Part shown: piece by piece, positions 48,044 to 56,880 of the stretch | How positions within the stretch are numbered: the stretch's first letter is position 1 | How the letters are laid out: the number at the start of each line of letters is the position of its first letter | Assembly: GCA_023244895.1 (NCBI GenBank) | Contig: JAHFLL010000001.1 | Coordinates: forward strand, 681,802-745,801 | Length of the DNA stretch: 64,000 bases | Direction of reading: 5' to 3' | DNA from: Candidatus Liptonbacteria bacterium | GTDB taxonomy: Bacteria > Patescibacteriota > Minisyncoccia > UBA6257 > 2-01-FULL-56-20 | Translations under genes and position numbers: made by a program | Notes under the pieces: model-generated | Seen by the model: the letters and a program-made list of their open reading frames with translations, nothing else | What the model was told of the DNA's origin: nothing | The model's database searches: none

Positions 48044-48496
48044 TCAGGGCAAGGACGAAAGAGCGAGCCGACCGCGGACCGGTCGGCTCTCATCTCCTCT
48101 TGCCCTCGCTTCCCGATATTGGGCCGGGTCGTCCCGGTCAAACACCTGGAACTCCACCGCCAGGACGAGCATCCGGCAGAATTCCTCAATGGCAGCTTCT
48201 GAGCCAAGCTGGAGCAGGTTCAGAGCCTTCTCCCGCATCTGCTCGGTTTCGCCCTGGGACAATGGGCGCTTCATGGCAATCTCGCGCGCCAAGGCGAAGG
48301 TCGCCACTCTCTGCGCCGTCCTCTCCAGTCGCCGCGCGACGATTGCCCTAGCGCGAATCCTGCCCGCTTCGGTTTTGGGGGCGTCCACCCCGAAAACCGC
48401 GCGGAAGCTTCGCTCCGATTCGCTCTCCCCCAGAAGCGCGAGTAGGATGCTTGCGACGACGAGCATGCCTGTCAGCACGCATACCAGAAACTTCAT
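48044..48496 (-). CDS. GC-rich orphan protein with N-terminal TM/signal
   Basis: AGGAGG SD; candidate promoter TTGACG-N17-TTTAGT. Confidence 0.6.
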   Translation of the reverse strand: MKFLVCVLTGMLVVASILLALLGESESERSFRAVFGVDAPKTEAGRIRARAIVARRLERTAQRVATFALAREIAMKRPLSQGETEQMREKALNLLQLGSEAAIEEFCRMLVLAVEFQVFDRDDPAQYREARARGDESRPVRGRLALSSLP

Positions 48497-48611
48497 GGCC
48501 TCGCCTCCTCTGGCTCAAAATAATATGCCCAAAACTAAACGGACACAATCCCCGCTCGTCAAGAAAATTTCCCCTCTTGCCTACTATATTCTATCTTCCA
48601 GATTCTAACTT

Positions 48612-49526
48612 CTACTTACTGAGCTCCTCGTAAATATTCAAAAGCGCCTTCACTCCGTCGCCCACCGAGATATTGTTTTGTTTATAGAGCACGTCGCTCA
48701 CATCTCCTATCGCCCAAATGCGAGCGTGGGAGGTTTTCTGTGTGCGCGGGTCGGCAATTATCTGACCGTACTTATCAAGCCCCACCAAAGCTTTGACTGG
48801 TTCGGAGTTCGGCATCGCGCCAATTTCCACAAAGACGCCCTGCACCGCCAAAGATTTTTCCTCACCGCTTATTCTGTCTTTATATTTCAAACCGTTCACA
48901 AATTTATCTCCGGTCACCGCCATGGTTTGCGCGTTCAAAATTATTTCCACCTTGGAATTAGCCCTTATCTTTTCCTGGGTAACCAAATCGCCCTTCAGTG
49001 CGTCGCCATATTCCAAAAGATAAATCTTATTGGCGTAAGACAAGAGGTCCACTACCGATTCCAGACCGGAATTGCCACCGCCTATCACCACCACGTCTTT
49101 ATCCCCGAACATGGGTGCGTCGCAAGTGGCACAATAAGCCACACCCTTGCCGTCGAACTCTTTCTCGCCCGGCACGTTAAGCTTGCGTCTGCGACTACCC
49201 GCCGCCCAGAGCAAATACCTAGTCTCAAATTCCTCGCCGGAGGACGTTTTGACCTTAAGACCGTCCGGTATTTCGGAAACTTCCGTTACCAGCTGGCCGT
49301 CTTTAATATCTATTCCCTCCTGCGCGCGCAGATGCTCCTCCAATGTCTTGGCCAGCTCCAACCCCGAAATATTTTTGGTGCCGATCCAATTTTGGATGTC
49401 CGCGGAAACAATAGATTGCCCCCCGAACGATTCGGTTATAAGTAACGATTTTATCTTTTTGCGGGCCCCGTATATTCCGGCCGATACTCCGCCCGGCCCA
49501 CCCCCGACTATAATTAGTTCGTACAT
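48612..49526 (-). CDS. trxB: Thioredoxin reductase / AhpF-like FAD disulfide oxidoreductase
   Basis: GGGPGG, CATCD, VIGGGNSG, WAIGD. Confidence 0.85.
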   Translation of the reverse strand: MYELIIVGGGPGGVSAGIYGARKKIKSLLITESFGGQSIVSADIQNWIGTKNISGLELAKTLEEHLRAQEGIDIKDGQLVTEVSEIPDGLKVKTSSGEEFETRYLLWAAGSRRRKLNVPGEKEFDGKGVAYCATCDAPMFGDKDVVVIGGGNSGLESVVDLLSYANKIYLLEYGDALKGDLVTQEKIRANSKVEIILNAQTMAVTGDKFVNGLKYKDRISGEEKSLAVQGVFVEIGAMPNSEPVKALVGLDKYGQIIADPRTQKTSHARIWAIGDVSDVLYKQNNISVGDGVKALLNIYEELSK

Positions 49527-49529
49527 ATA

Positions 49530-49974
49530 TTAGTGATTAGGACTTAGTTCTTAGGACTTAGTCTTTGAGCTTAGATTTACTTAACATGGAATTTAACATT
49601 TTCCGGACTTCAAGTAAAAGACTCTCTGATTTGCGATACTGCTCAGGGACAGCATAACCTAGGTCTTTCGATAATAATAACTGCGTCTCTACTTCGCTAG
49701 TTGAGCCATAGGCTATCGAGAAAAATTGCCTGTTCTCCCGTAAGGATTTACGGCTAAACCCCTCCGCAATATTGGAAACTACAGAAACCGCTGCCCTACG
49801 CAATTGCGAAGTTAGTCCGTACTGCTCAGTCTGCGGGAATTGACCGGTCAAACGATATATTTCTTTCGTCAGCTCAAAAGATTTCCGCCAAACAATCAAA
49901 TCTTTATATGATGTCATCTTTCGTCTTACATCCTAGGTTCCCGCTAAGTTCTAAAGTCTAAGTCCTAGGTCCTA
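49530..49974 (-). mobile_element. Candidate cassette: four-helix-bundle gene bracketed by inverted TAGGACT-type heptamer arrays
   Basis: Left (+): tagtgat taggact tagttct taggact tag; right (+): ctaagtt ctaaagt ctaagtc ctaggtc cta. Confidence 0.55.
49558..49917 (-). CDS. Four helix bundle protein (23S rRNA IVS / bAvd-like family)
   Basis: SYKDLIVWRKS...FP..EQYGLTSQLRRAAVSVVSNIAEG...F..IAYGS..E.ETQL. Confidence 0.93.
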   Translation of the reverse strand: MTSYKDLIVWRKSFELTKEIYRLTGQFPQTEQYGLTSQLRRAAVSVVSNIAEGFSRKSLRENRQFFSIAYGSTSEVETQLLLSKDLGYAVPEQYRKSESLLLEVRKMLNSMLSKSKLKD

Positions 49975-50223
49975 TCCCAGTCCCAGCGCTTTCTCTATCG
50001 CTTTTTCATCAAATCCCACAAAGACCTCCTCTTCTATCTCTATAACCGGCACGCCCAGCTGGCCGGTCTTGCGCCTGATCTCTTCGTGGACCACCGTGTC
50101 CCCCATCACGTCTATTTCCTCATACATTACCCCATGCTTAGCGAAAAGACGCTTAGCCAAATTGCAATAAGCACAAGTCGGCAGAGTGTATATCTTTACA
50201 TTTCTACGCTTACCTCTTTCCAT
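49972..50223 (-). CDS. Glutaredoxin/NrdH-like redoxin
   Basis: IYTLPTCAYC, GQLGVPVIEI, VGFD. Confidence 0.88.
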   Translation of the reverse strand: MERGKRRNVKIYTLPTCAYCNLAKRLFAKHGVMYEEIDVMGDTVVHEEIRRKTGQLGVPVIEIEEEVFVGFDEKAIEKALGLG

Positions 50224-50392
50224 TGGTTTTACTTACTGGCTCCTGACCATAGATCAGCCAGAGGCCTCTTAGAACCAGTACTACGCCCAAAACGGTGTTG
50301 CTCCACAATAGTAAAGTAACCCCGCTTGCGCCTAATATCCAAGGCGAAACTATTAACCAAGCTCCGATTGTAACCTCCACCCAGAAAGACAT
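50210..50392 (-). CDS. SPW-repeat small membrane protein
   Basis: IGAWLIVSPWILG...WSN. Confidence 0.75.
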   Translation of the reverse strand: MSFWVEVTIGAWLIVSPWILGASGVTLLLWSNTVLGVVLVLRGLWLIYGQEPVSKTNGKR

Positions 50393-50414
50393 GTTCTTAT
50401 TCTAACGCCAGCGA

Positions 50415-51224
50415 TTATTTGAGCAAGGCGTCAATTACGCTGATGAATGCCGAGAATGGCTGGGCGCCGGATATTTCCTGACCATTGCCGTTCTTCTCTT
50501 TCGCATCAAGAGTTGGAGAGAGCTTTATGAAGGAGGCTACTTCCGAGGTTGCCCGCGTAATAAACGAAGTGGGGGTAGAATTTATGCCCGTCTTCTGGGA
50601 TGTTTGGACACTGTTCTCCACTGCTTCGGAATACTTCTTACCGTCATAGCACTTTACAAAATCATTCGTGTTCATGCCCACTTGCTTAGCTAGTTTAATG
50701 AATAGGTCTCTATTCAAGTTGCCGTTATGTTCCTCCCCGTCTTTTATTTCCTCCGTGTAGAGCGCGTCGTGAAACTGCCAAAACTTATTTTGATCCTTGG
50801 AACATTCTGCCGCTTCCGCGCTCGCAATTGATTCGGGGCCCAGGAAGGCAAGATCTCTATATACAAACTTAACCTTGCCGGTGTTAACGTAGTCTTCTAT
50901 CAGGTTGGGTTCTACTTGGGTAAAAAACCTGCCGCAAAAGGGACACTGGTAGTCACCATACTCAATAAGCGTCACTTTAGCATCTTTATTTCCCATAACA
51001 ACGTCTCTCGTCCCGATCGGAGGCACCACTATGGTTTGCGCCTGATCCGCCCCGTTCGCGGCAGGGGCAGATGGGTCTCCGGCGGAGGGAGGCAACACGG
51101 TCCCCTTTTGGTTAGCGGAATATATTACAGCCCCGGAGATAAGTATTGCCGCCGCCAGAATGCTTATCGGCAAAGAAACAATGGGCTTTCTTTCGCCGTT
51201 TCCACCTTCGTTATTTTCGTTCAT
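50415..51224 (-). CDS. DsbA-family thioredoxin-fold oxidoreductase
   Basis: IEYGDYQCPFC, GINSTPTSF, GAQPF; N-terminal TM anchor. Confidence 0.9.
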   Translation of the reverse strand: MNENNEGGNGERKPIVSLPISILAAAILISGAVIYSANQKGTVLPPSAGDPSAPAANGADQAQTIVVPPIGTRDVVMGNKDAKVTLIEYGDYQCPFCGRFFTQVEPNLIEDYVNTGKVKFVYRDLAFLGPESIASAEAAECSKDQNKFWQFHDALYTEEIKDGEEHNGNLNRDLFIKLAKQVGMNTNDFVKCYDGKKYSEAVENSVQTSQKTGINSTPTSFITRATSEVASFIKLSPTLDAKEKNGNGQEISGAQPFSAFISVIDALLK

Positions 51225-51294
51225 ATTTTTATTTTGTTATTTGTTCGAGAAGTATAACATAAGCGGCATAATTGGGAAGACAAAAGTCCGTATA

Positions 51295-51410
51295 AATTCC
51301 AAGCGCAAAATCCCAAATTCCAAACAAATCCCAATTGCCCGAACCCCGAAGACTAAATTGATTTTTATCTAAATATCGGTGCTTATGGATTGTTTGTCAT
51401 TTGGCGCTTG
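51295..51410. repeat. Degenerate inverted heptamer array (CCAAA-type)
   Basis: Shares ccaaa(c/t)tccaaacaaatccc and ttgtttgt(t/c)atttgg(t/c)gcttg with 4841-4936. Confidence 0.7.
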
Positions 51411-51447
51411 TTTTAGAGCTTAATCCTGGCTATACTGGCTAGATAAG

Positions 51448-52794
51448 ATGCGTGTTTTTCTGCTTATTTTAGGCGATCTAGTGGTCTTGTTCGCGTCCTT
51501 GGCGCTCACCGTACTGGTTCGCTACGGCAGAGGAGACTGGCTGACCCACTTCCTCCCCCACCTTCCGCCCTTTAGCGCCGTTTTTTTGATCTGGCTAGTA
51601 GTTTTCTACATTGCCGGACTTTATGACTTCCGCAGATTGCGCAACCGCCTGGACTTTTTCCGGGTTCTTTCCGTTAGTCTTATAGTCAACGCTCTACTCG
51701 CGACCGTGTTCTTCTATCTGACCCGTTCCTCTGGCATCACTCCTAAAACCAACCTGGTCATATTCTTGATATTATTCTTTGTACTGGAAACATTATGGCG
51801 GCAATGGTTCAACCGCATCTCACGCTCTATGCTTCCCATAAGCCGAATAATTATCTTCGGAGAGAATCGGGCCAATGAAGAACTGTTCGGCTTTCTCAAA
51901 GAGAACCCCCAATTGGGATATGAAGTACGTGCCTGGGTGCAGGCCTCCGGAGACTTGCCCGCTCAAATGCACGACTGGAAAGATTTGGCGCGTAGTAATT
52001 CCGCGGACACCCTGATTATGCCCCGCGATATTTTGCACGACCCAAAGCTGAAGAAAGTTTTTTTCGGACTAATTGACTACGGGCTGGAAATAAAAGATCT
52101 GCCGGTATTTTACGAGTCTATTTTCAATAAGATCCCTCTCTCTGAGATAGATGAGGAGTGGTTTCTGGAGCACATTACCGGCACTCACGACACATACGAG
52201 TTCATAAGGCGCGGGACGGACTTCCTAATTGCGACCGTGGCACAAATAATTTTCCTGCCTTTAGAGATACTAATAATACCCGCTATACTCCTTACCTCCC
52301 GCGGACCCCTTATCTATAAGCAAACTCGGGCCGGTAGGCACGGCAGGCCCTTTATGCTCTATAAGTTCCGCAGGATGTACAACGAGAAAGCCAAAAATCC
52401 GGACGCGGATTCCAGTAGCCCCACCTGGAGCCCGCCTACGGGCGACTCGCGCGAGACACCGGTTGGCAAGTTTTTGCGCGCCAGCCATCTGGACGAGCTA
52501 CCTCAGCTGATAAACATCCTTAAGGGAGACATGTCTTTCGTGGGTCCCCGACCGGAAAGACCAGAGCTTATTCAAAATCTCAAAACAGAGGTACCTTACT
52601 ATGAGATGCGCAGTCTAATAAAACCGGGCCTGACCGGCTGGGCACAGATTCATCACTCTAAAGACACGAATCTGGACGATGTAAAAGAAAAACTTTCCTA
52701 CGATCTATACTATCTCAAGAATCGTTCCTTTGTTATTGACGTGGCAATTATCATAAAAACTATAAAGGTCCTATTCGTGAAGCCAAGTAAGTAG
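51448..52794 (+). CDS. Initiating polyprenyl-phosphate sugar-1-phosphate transferase (WcaJ/WbaP-like)
   Basis: N-terminal TM segments; YKFRRM, LDELPQL, MSFVGPRPE, KPGLTGWAQ. Confidence 0.92.
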   Translation: MRVFLLILGDLVVLFASLALTVLVRYGRGDWLTHFLPHLPPFSAVFLIWLVVFYIAGLYDFRRLRNRLDFFRVLSVSLIVNALLATVFFYLTRSSGITPKTNLVIFLILFFVLETLWRQWFNRISRSMLPISRIIIFGENRANEELFGFLKENPQLGYEVRAWVQASGDLPAQMHDWKDLARSNSADTLIMPRDILHDPKLKKVFFGLIDYGLEIKDLPVFYESIFNKIPLSEIDEEWFLEHITGTHDTYEFIRRGTDFLIATVAQIIFLPLEILIIPAILLTSRGPLIYKQTRAGRHGRPFMLYKFRRMYNEKAKNPDADSSSPTWSPPTGDSRETPVGKFLRASHLDELPQLINILKGDMSFVGPRPERPELIQNLKTEVPYYEMRSLIKPGLTGWAQIHHSKDTNLDDVKEKLSYDLYYLKNRSFVIDVAIIIKTIKVLFVKPSK

Positions 52795-52820
52795 AAAGTG
52801 GTAGGGCGATAATCAAAACA

Positions 52821-53735
52821 ATGAAAATTATTGTAACAGGAGGGGCGGGATTCATCGGGAGCCACATTGTAGATGCCTATATCAAAGCGGGACACAAGGT
52901 GGTCGTAATAGACAATCTTCTAACCGGTTTTCGCAAAAACCTGAACAAGAAGGCTAAATTTTATAAAGCTGACATTAGAGATTCCGCTACGATTCTAAGG
53001 ATATTCAAAAAAGAGCGACCGGAAGTGGTAAATCACCATGCCGCCATAGCGGAAGTAGCCAAATCTCTGCGCGATCCATTACCGACCCTAGAGGTCAATG
53101 TCCTGGGAACTGCTAATCTCTTAAACAACTTCGGCAAGTATGGCCGAGGGGCGCGCAGGTTTATTTTCGCTTCCACTGGCGGGGCGATATACGGTGAACC
53201 GAAAAATTTACCGGCCAGCGAAAAAACCCCCGTTAATCCCCTCTCCCCATACGGACTCTCAAAAAAACTGGGTGAGGATTTAATAGAGTACTACGCCAAA
53301 CAACATGACTTTGAGTTTGTGATATTCAGATATTCTAACGTCTACGGTCCGCGCCAAAACCCCAAAGGTGAAGCGGGGGTGGTGGCTATCTTTGGCGGAC
53401 TGATGCGCTTGAAGCAACGGCCGATAATTTTCGGCGATGGCAGTAAGACTCGCGATTATGTTTTTGTCTCGGACGTAGTCCACGCCAACATGCTTGCTCT
53501 CCAGAAAGGCACTGGCAAGAGGATGAATATCGGGCGGGGCGAAAGGGTGAGTGACCGAGACATTTTCGATGCCGTCTCCAGCGAACTAAGATATTCGGAT
53601 AAGCCAATCTATAAACCGTTCCGGAAAGGAGAAGTAAGGCATATTTCCCTAGACGCCAAACTGGCCAAAAAGACTATCGGCTGGCAGCCGCAAGTGAATC
53701 TGGGAGCGGGCATCCGGAAGGCATTATCTAGATAG
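52821..53735 (+). CDS. NAD-dependent sugar epimerase (UDP-glucose 4-epimerase-like)
   Basis: TGGAGFIGS, STGGAIYG, SPYGLSK, NVYGPRQ. Confidence 0.88.
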   Translation: MKIIVTGGAGFIGSHIVDAYIKAGHKVVVIDNLLTGFRKNLNKKAKFYKADIRDSATILRIFKKERPEVVNHHAAIAEVAKSLRDPLPTLEVNVLGTANLLNNFGKYGRGARRFIFASTGGAIYGEPKNLPASEKTPVNPLSPYGLSKKLGEDLIEYYAKQHDFEFVIFRYSNVYGPRQNPKGEAGVVAIFGGLMRLKQRPIIFGDGSKTRDYVFVSDVVHANMLALQKGTGKRMNIGRGERVSDRDIFDAVSSELRYSDKPIYKPFRKGEVRHISLDAKLAKKTIGWQPQVNLGAGIRKALSR

Positions 53736-53841
53736 GACAAGCTCAAAAGCTAGGAGCTACTGAATGCGGCTTCCTGTTTTTCACATTTCCCTCAACCACT
53801 ACCTTCTAAATTCTATCTTCTGACTTCCATCTACTACCCTC

Positions 53842-54555
53842 CTACTCCCACTCCTTAATCGCCTTCTCCCACTTCTCTAAAGTACCGCAATCGTACCAGC
53901 GCGAATTTATCATCTCGAATCCAGCCAATTTGCCTTGCTTGGCCAACTGTGGGAAAACATCTCTTTCAATCATAATCTCGCCGTCTCTAGAGAAATCTAC
54001 CAAATCCAATACGCCCGACTCCAACACATAAGTGCCGGCGTTTATCCAGTTGGAGGGAGGGTCATCCGGCTTCTCCAAAAAATTCACTATCTTGTTCCCC
54101 TCTCGGATAGGCACTCCCTTACTGCGAACCACTTCTGGCTCAACCTCTATGAGTGCCAGCGTCCCTAAGGCACCCTCTCTTTTATGCAAATCTATCATGC
54201 TGGTAAAATCCACATCCTTCAGGTCATCGCCATTAGTCATAACAAATCTCTCTCCGCCCAACCAGTCTTTCAATAGCTCAAACCCACCGAAGGTCCCACG
54301 TGGTTTTTCCTCATAAAATATGCTAACTTTTCTTTGAGCTAGATAGTCGTCCCAGGCTTTTTGCCAGCGACGAAAATCTTCCTCGTGGCCACGGGAAGCA
54401 AGCAGAGCGATATCATTGACTCCGTGCTTGTGGAAAAGTTCTATTAGATGGTTTACTATCGGCTTTTTCTGAACAGGCACCAAGGGCTTGGGTATTTCAT
54501 AAGTAACTGGCCTCAAACGGGTACCCATTCCGCCTACCAAAATTACTCCTTTCAT
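53842..54555 (-). CDS. Sugar-1-phosphate nucleotidyltransferase (mannose-1-P or heptose-1-P guanylyltransferase-like)
   Basis: ILVGGMGTRLRP..PKPL, TNGDD, FLEKP, INAGTY. Confidence 0.8.
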   Translation of the reverse strand: MKGVILVGGMGTRLRPVTYEIPKPLVPVQKKPIVNHLIELFHKHGVNDIALLASRGHEEDFRRWQKAWDDYLAQRKVSIFYEEKPRGTFGGFELLKDWLGGERFVMTNGDDLKDVDFTSMIDLHKREGALGTLALIEVEPEVVRSKGVPIREGNKIVNFLEKPDDPPSNWINAGTYVLESGVLDLVDFSRDGEIMIERDVFPQLAKQGKLAGFEMINSRWYDCGTLEKWEKAIKEWE

Positions 54556-54575
54556 AATACATAAAATATAACAGC

Positions 54576-56054
54576 ATGTTCGCTAAAGTCAAAAGGCTTC
54601 TCCTGGAAAATTACGGTGTCCGACAAACTGTAGTTAAAAATACATTTTGGCTAAGCGTGAGTAATGTGGGCGGTAGATTGATCAGAATGCTCATCATTAT
54701 GTATGCGGCCCGCGTTCTGGGCGCATCGGAATGGGGGGCCTTCTCTTATAGTATGGCTATTATTGCTTTTCTGACCATCTTGGTTGACTTTGGAATTAAC
54801 AACGTGGCCACCCAGGAACTATCCCGGAACAATTCCGATAAACCGGTTCTAATATCTACCATCTTCAGGATAAAAATCGTCCTGCTCTCACTGATTGTGC
54901 TAGGCACGGTAGTTTTCGTGCCCCATCTGACGAAAATAGAAAGTGCGCGCGCGGTTCTACCCATACTAGCTTTAGTTATGGCCATGGACGCCTTAAGAGA
55001 TTTTGGTTTTTCTATTATCAGATCTGAAGAGAAGATGGAGAAAGAGGCTCTTTTATTTGTCTTGACCAACATTGCCATAGTTGGATTTGGATTCTTAACT
55101 CTCTACCTTTCGCCTACCGCAGAGTCATTCGCCTATGCCTATGCGGCAGGGGGAGGGCTGGGCACGATATTCACCGGCATAGCCCTAAGGTCCTACTGGA
55201 AATATTTAACCGTAAAAATAAACCTCTCCAGGATAAAAAAGATATTCTCTCGCGCTTGGCCTTTCGGACTCTCTAGTTTGCTGGGTGGGATGATGGTAAA
55301 CACGGACGTAGTTATTTTGGGCTGGCTAAAAACATCAGAGGCGGTAGGATACTACTCCTCCTCTCAAAGGATAATTCTGCTACTCTATATTATCCCCGGT
55401 ATACTTGCTTCCAGCATTTTCCCAGTCATATCCCGTCTAGCAAGAAAAGACGACGAGAAGGTCGGGAGGGTATTATCTGCGTCTCTTCGTTTTATTTGGC
55501 TTGTCTCTCTGCCCATTATGATGGGCGGAGTCATCTTGGCAGATAATTTAATTGGTTTCTTTTTTGGCGCGGAATATCTTCCCGGGGTTATGGCTTTTAG
55601 GATCTTGGTACTATCTCTGGGGGTGAATTTCTCCGGAATGATCTTGGCAAGTATTATTTTCGTCTATAACAGACACAAGGAGTTGATTATATACTCCGCC
55701 CTAGGTGGCGTAACTAATGTCATCCTAGATTTAATACTAATCCCACGCTGGGGCATAGAAGGTAGCGCCTTTGCTACGTCCATGGTGCAAGTTATGACTA
55801 CGATCTACATTTGGAATCGTGCCAGTAAAGATGTCCACTTTCCAATAGGAAAATACTTGCCCAAAATGTTTGGCGCGACTGCCGTCATGGGCATTCTCGT
55901 TTTTTTAATGAAAATGTGGCTCGTACCGGTAATACCCCTAATTTTTGCATGCGGATTGATCTACTTCCTGGTTCTATACCTGCTGAAAGAACCCCTCTTA
56001 ATGGAAGCTAAAGAAGTGATGCTCGATACTGGAAGACAGAACTCGGTCCCATAA
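54576..56054 (+). CDS. Wzx-type polysaccharide flippase
   Basis: About 14 TM segments; KNTFWL, ARVLG..WG.F, DVVILG...VGYYS. Confidence 0.88.
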   Translation: MFAKVKRLLLENYGVRQTVVKNTFWLSVSNVGGRLIRMLIIMYAARVLGASEWGAFSYSMAIIAFLTILVDFGINNVATQELSRNNSDKPVLISTIFRIKIVLLSLIVLGTVVFVPHLTKIESARAVLPILALVMAMDALRDFGFSIIRSEEKMEKEALLFVLTNIAIVGFGFLTLYLSPTAESFAYAYAAGGGLGTIFTGIALRSYWKYLTVKINLSRIKKIFSRAWPFGLSSLLGGMMVNTDVVILGWLKTSEAVGYYSSSQRIILLLYIIPGILASSIFPVISRLARKDDEKVGRVLSASLRFIWLVSLPIMMGGVILADNLIGFFFGAEYLPGVMAFRILVLSLGVNFSGMILASIIFVYNRHKELIIYSALGGVTNVILDLILIPRWGIEGSAFATSMVQVMTTIYIWNRASKDVHFPIGKYLPKMFGATAVMGILVFLMKMWLVPVIPLIFACGLIYFLVLYLLKEPLLMEAKEVMLDTGRQNSVP

Positions 56055-56055
56055 A

Positions 56056-56880
56056 TTACTCAACAGACTTATAAATTCTTAGGGCTAGTCTCATGGCCGA
56101 TTTTGGCAACAAAGAGACCAGGCGATATGCCAGAAGGCGCAGATACCCCCGTGCGACCACCCACACTCCCCCGCGATATAGTCCGAGATATTTTCTAGAT
56201 AGGCGGATGTCTTTCTGGAATTGATCTATTTTATTGCTAGAGCTGATATTGCCCGGACGCAAGGTGAACTTAGTGGCATAATCCGGCAGATTGGCGAACT
56301 TCCATTTCTCGCCCAGACGCAACCACAAATCATAATCCTCCACGTGTTTAGTCTCTTCCGTTTCCGGATATCCGCCCAATTCTATTACCGCACCCCGCCG
56401 GAACATGACCGAAGAATGAGTAAAACAATTCTGCTTTAATATTTTCCTACGCACATCCTCGTCTCTAAGAGGTTGCCGATAGCGGAAAATCTCCGCGCCG
56501 TTCTCGTCCGCCTCAATTATTCCCGTACCGACAATCCCATGCTCCGGATTGCTATCTAAAAACTCAACCTGTTTCTTTAGCTTGTCTTTGTCCGCCCATT
56601 CATCGTCATCGTCTATGCGTGCCACATATTCCCCTCTTCCAGCCACCAACCCGCGGTTAAGAGATTTCTGGATGCCCAAATTCTTCTCGTTGCGCAACAA
56701 TTTCACTCTCGCATCTTTTTGAGAGGTCTCCGCAACAAGACCCGCCGTTCCGTCGCTCGAGCCATCGTCTATAACTATGAACTCCCAATCTGTAAACGTC
56801 TGGGCTTGAACGCTGGCGATTGCCCTCGGAAGATATTTGGCGCCGTTGTGGCATGGCAAAATTATGCTGACTTTAGGCAT
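56056..56880 (-). CDS. Glycosyltransferase family 2
   Basis: SIILPCHNG, IDDGSSD, RIDDDD, EDYDLWLR. Confidence 0.92.
   Translation of the reverse strand: MPKVSIILPCHNGAKYLPRAIASVQAQTFTDWEFIVIDDGSSDGTAGLVAETSQKDARVKLLRNEKNLGIQKSLNRGLVAGRGEYVARIDDDDEWADKDKLKKQVEFLDSNPEHGIVGTGIIEADENGAEIFRYRQPLRDEDVRRKILKQNCFTHSSVMFRRGAVIELGGYPETEETKHVEDYDLWLRLGEKWKFANLPDYATKFTLRPGNISSSNKIDQFQKDIRLSRKYLGLYRGGVWVVARGYLRLLAYRLVSLLPKSAMRLALRIYKSVE

Noticed and set aside
48028-48056. Single REP-like sequence CCTTCGACCAACTCAGGGCAAG; also CCCGCCAAAAGCGGG near 5795
   Set aside because: One copy of each in the window, so repeat status cannot be established from this sequence alone.
48678-49445. 255-aa + strand ORF and the many other antisense or alternate-frame ORFs in the track
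   Set aside because: Shadow ORFs of well-supported genes (trxB, pnp, groEL, clpB, S-layer) with no recognisable motifs.
49558-49917. Diversity-generating retroelement suggested by the bAvd-like protein
   Set aside because: No reverse transcriptase and no template/variable repeat pair visible in the window.
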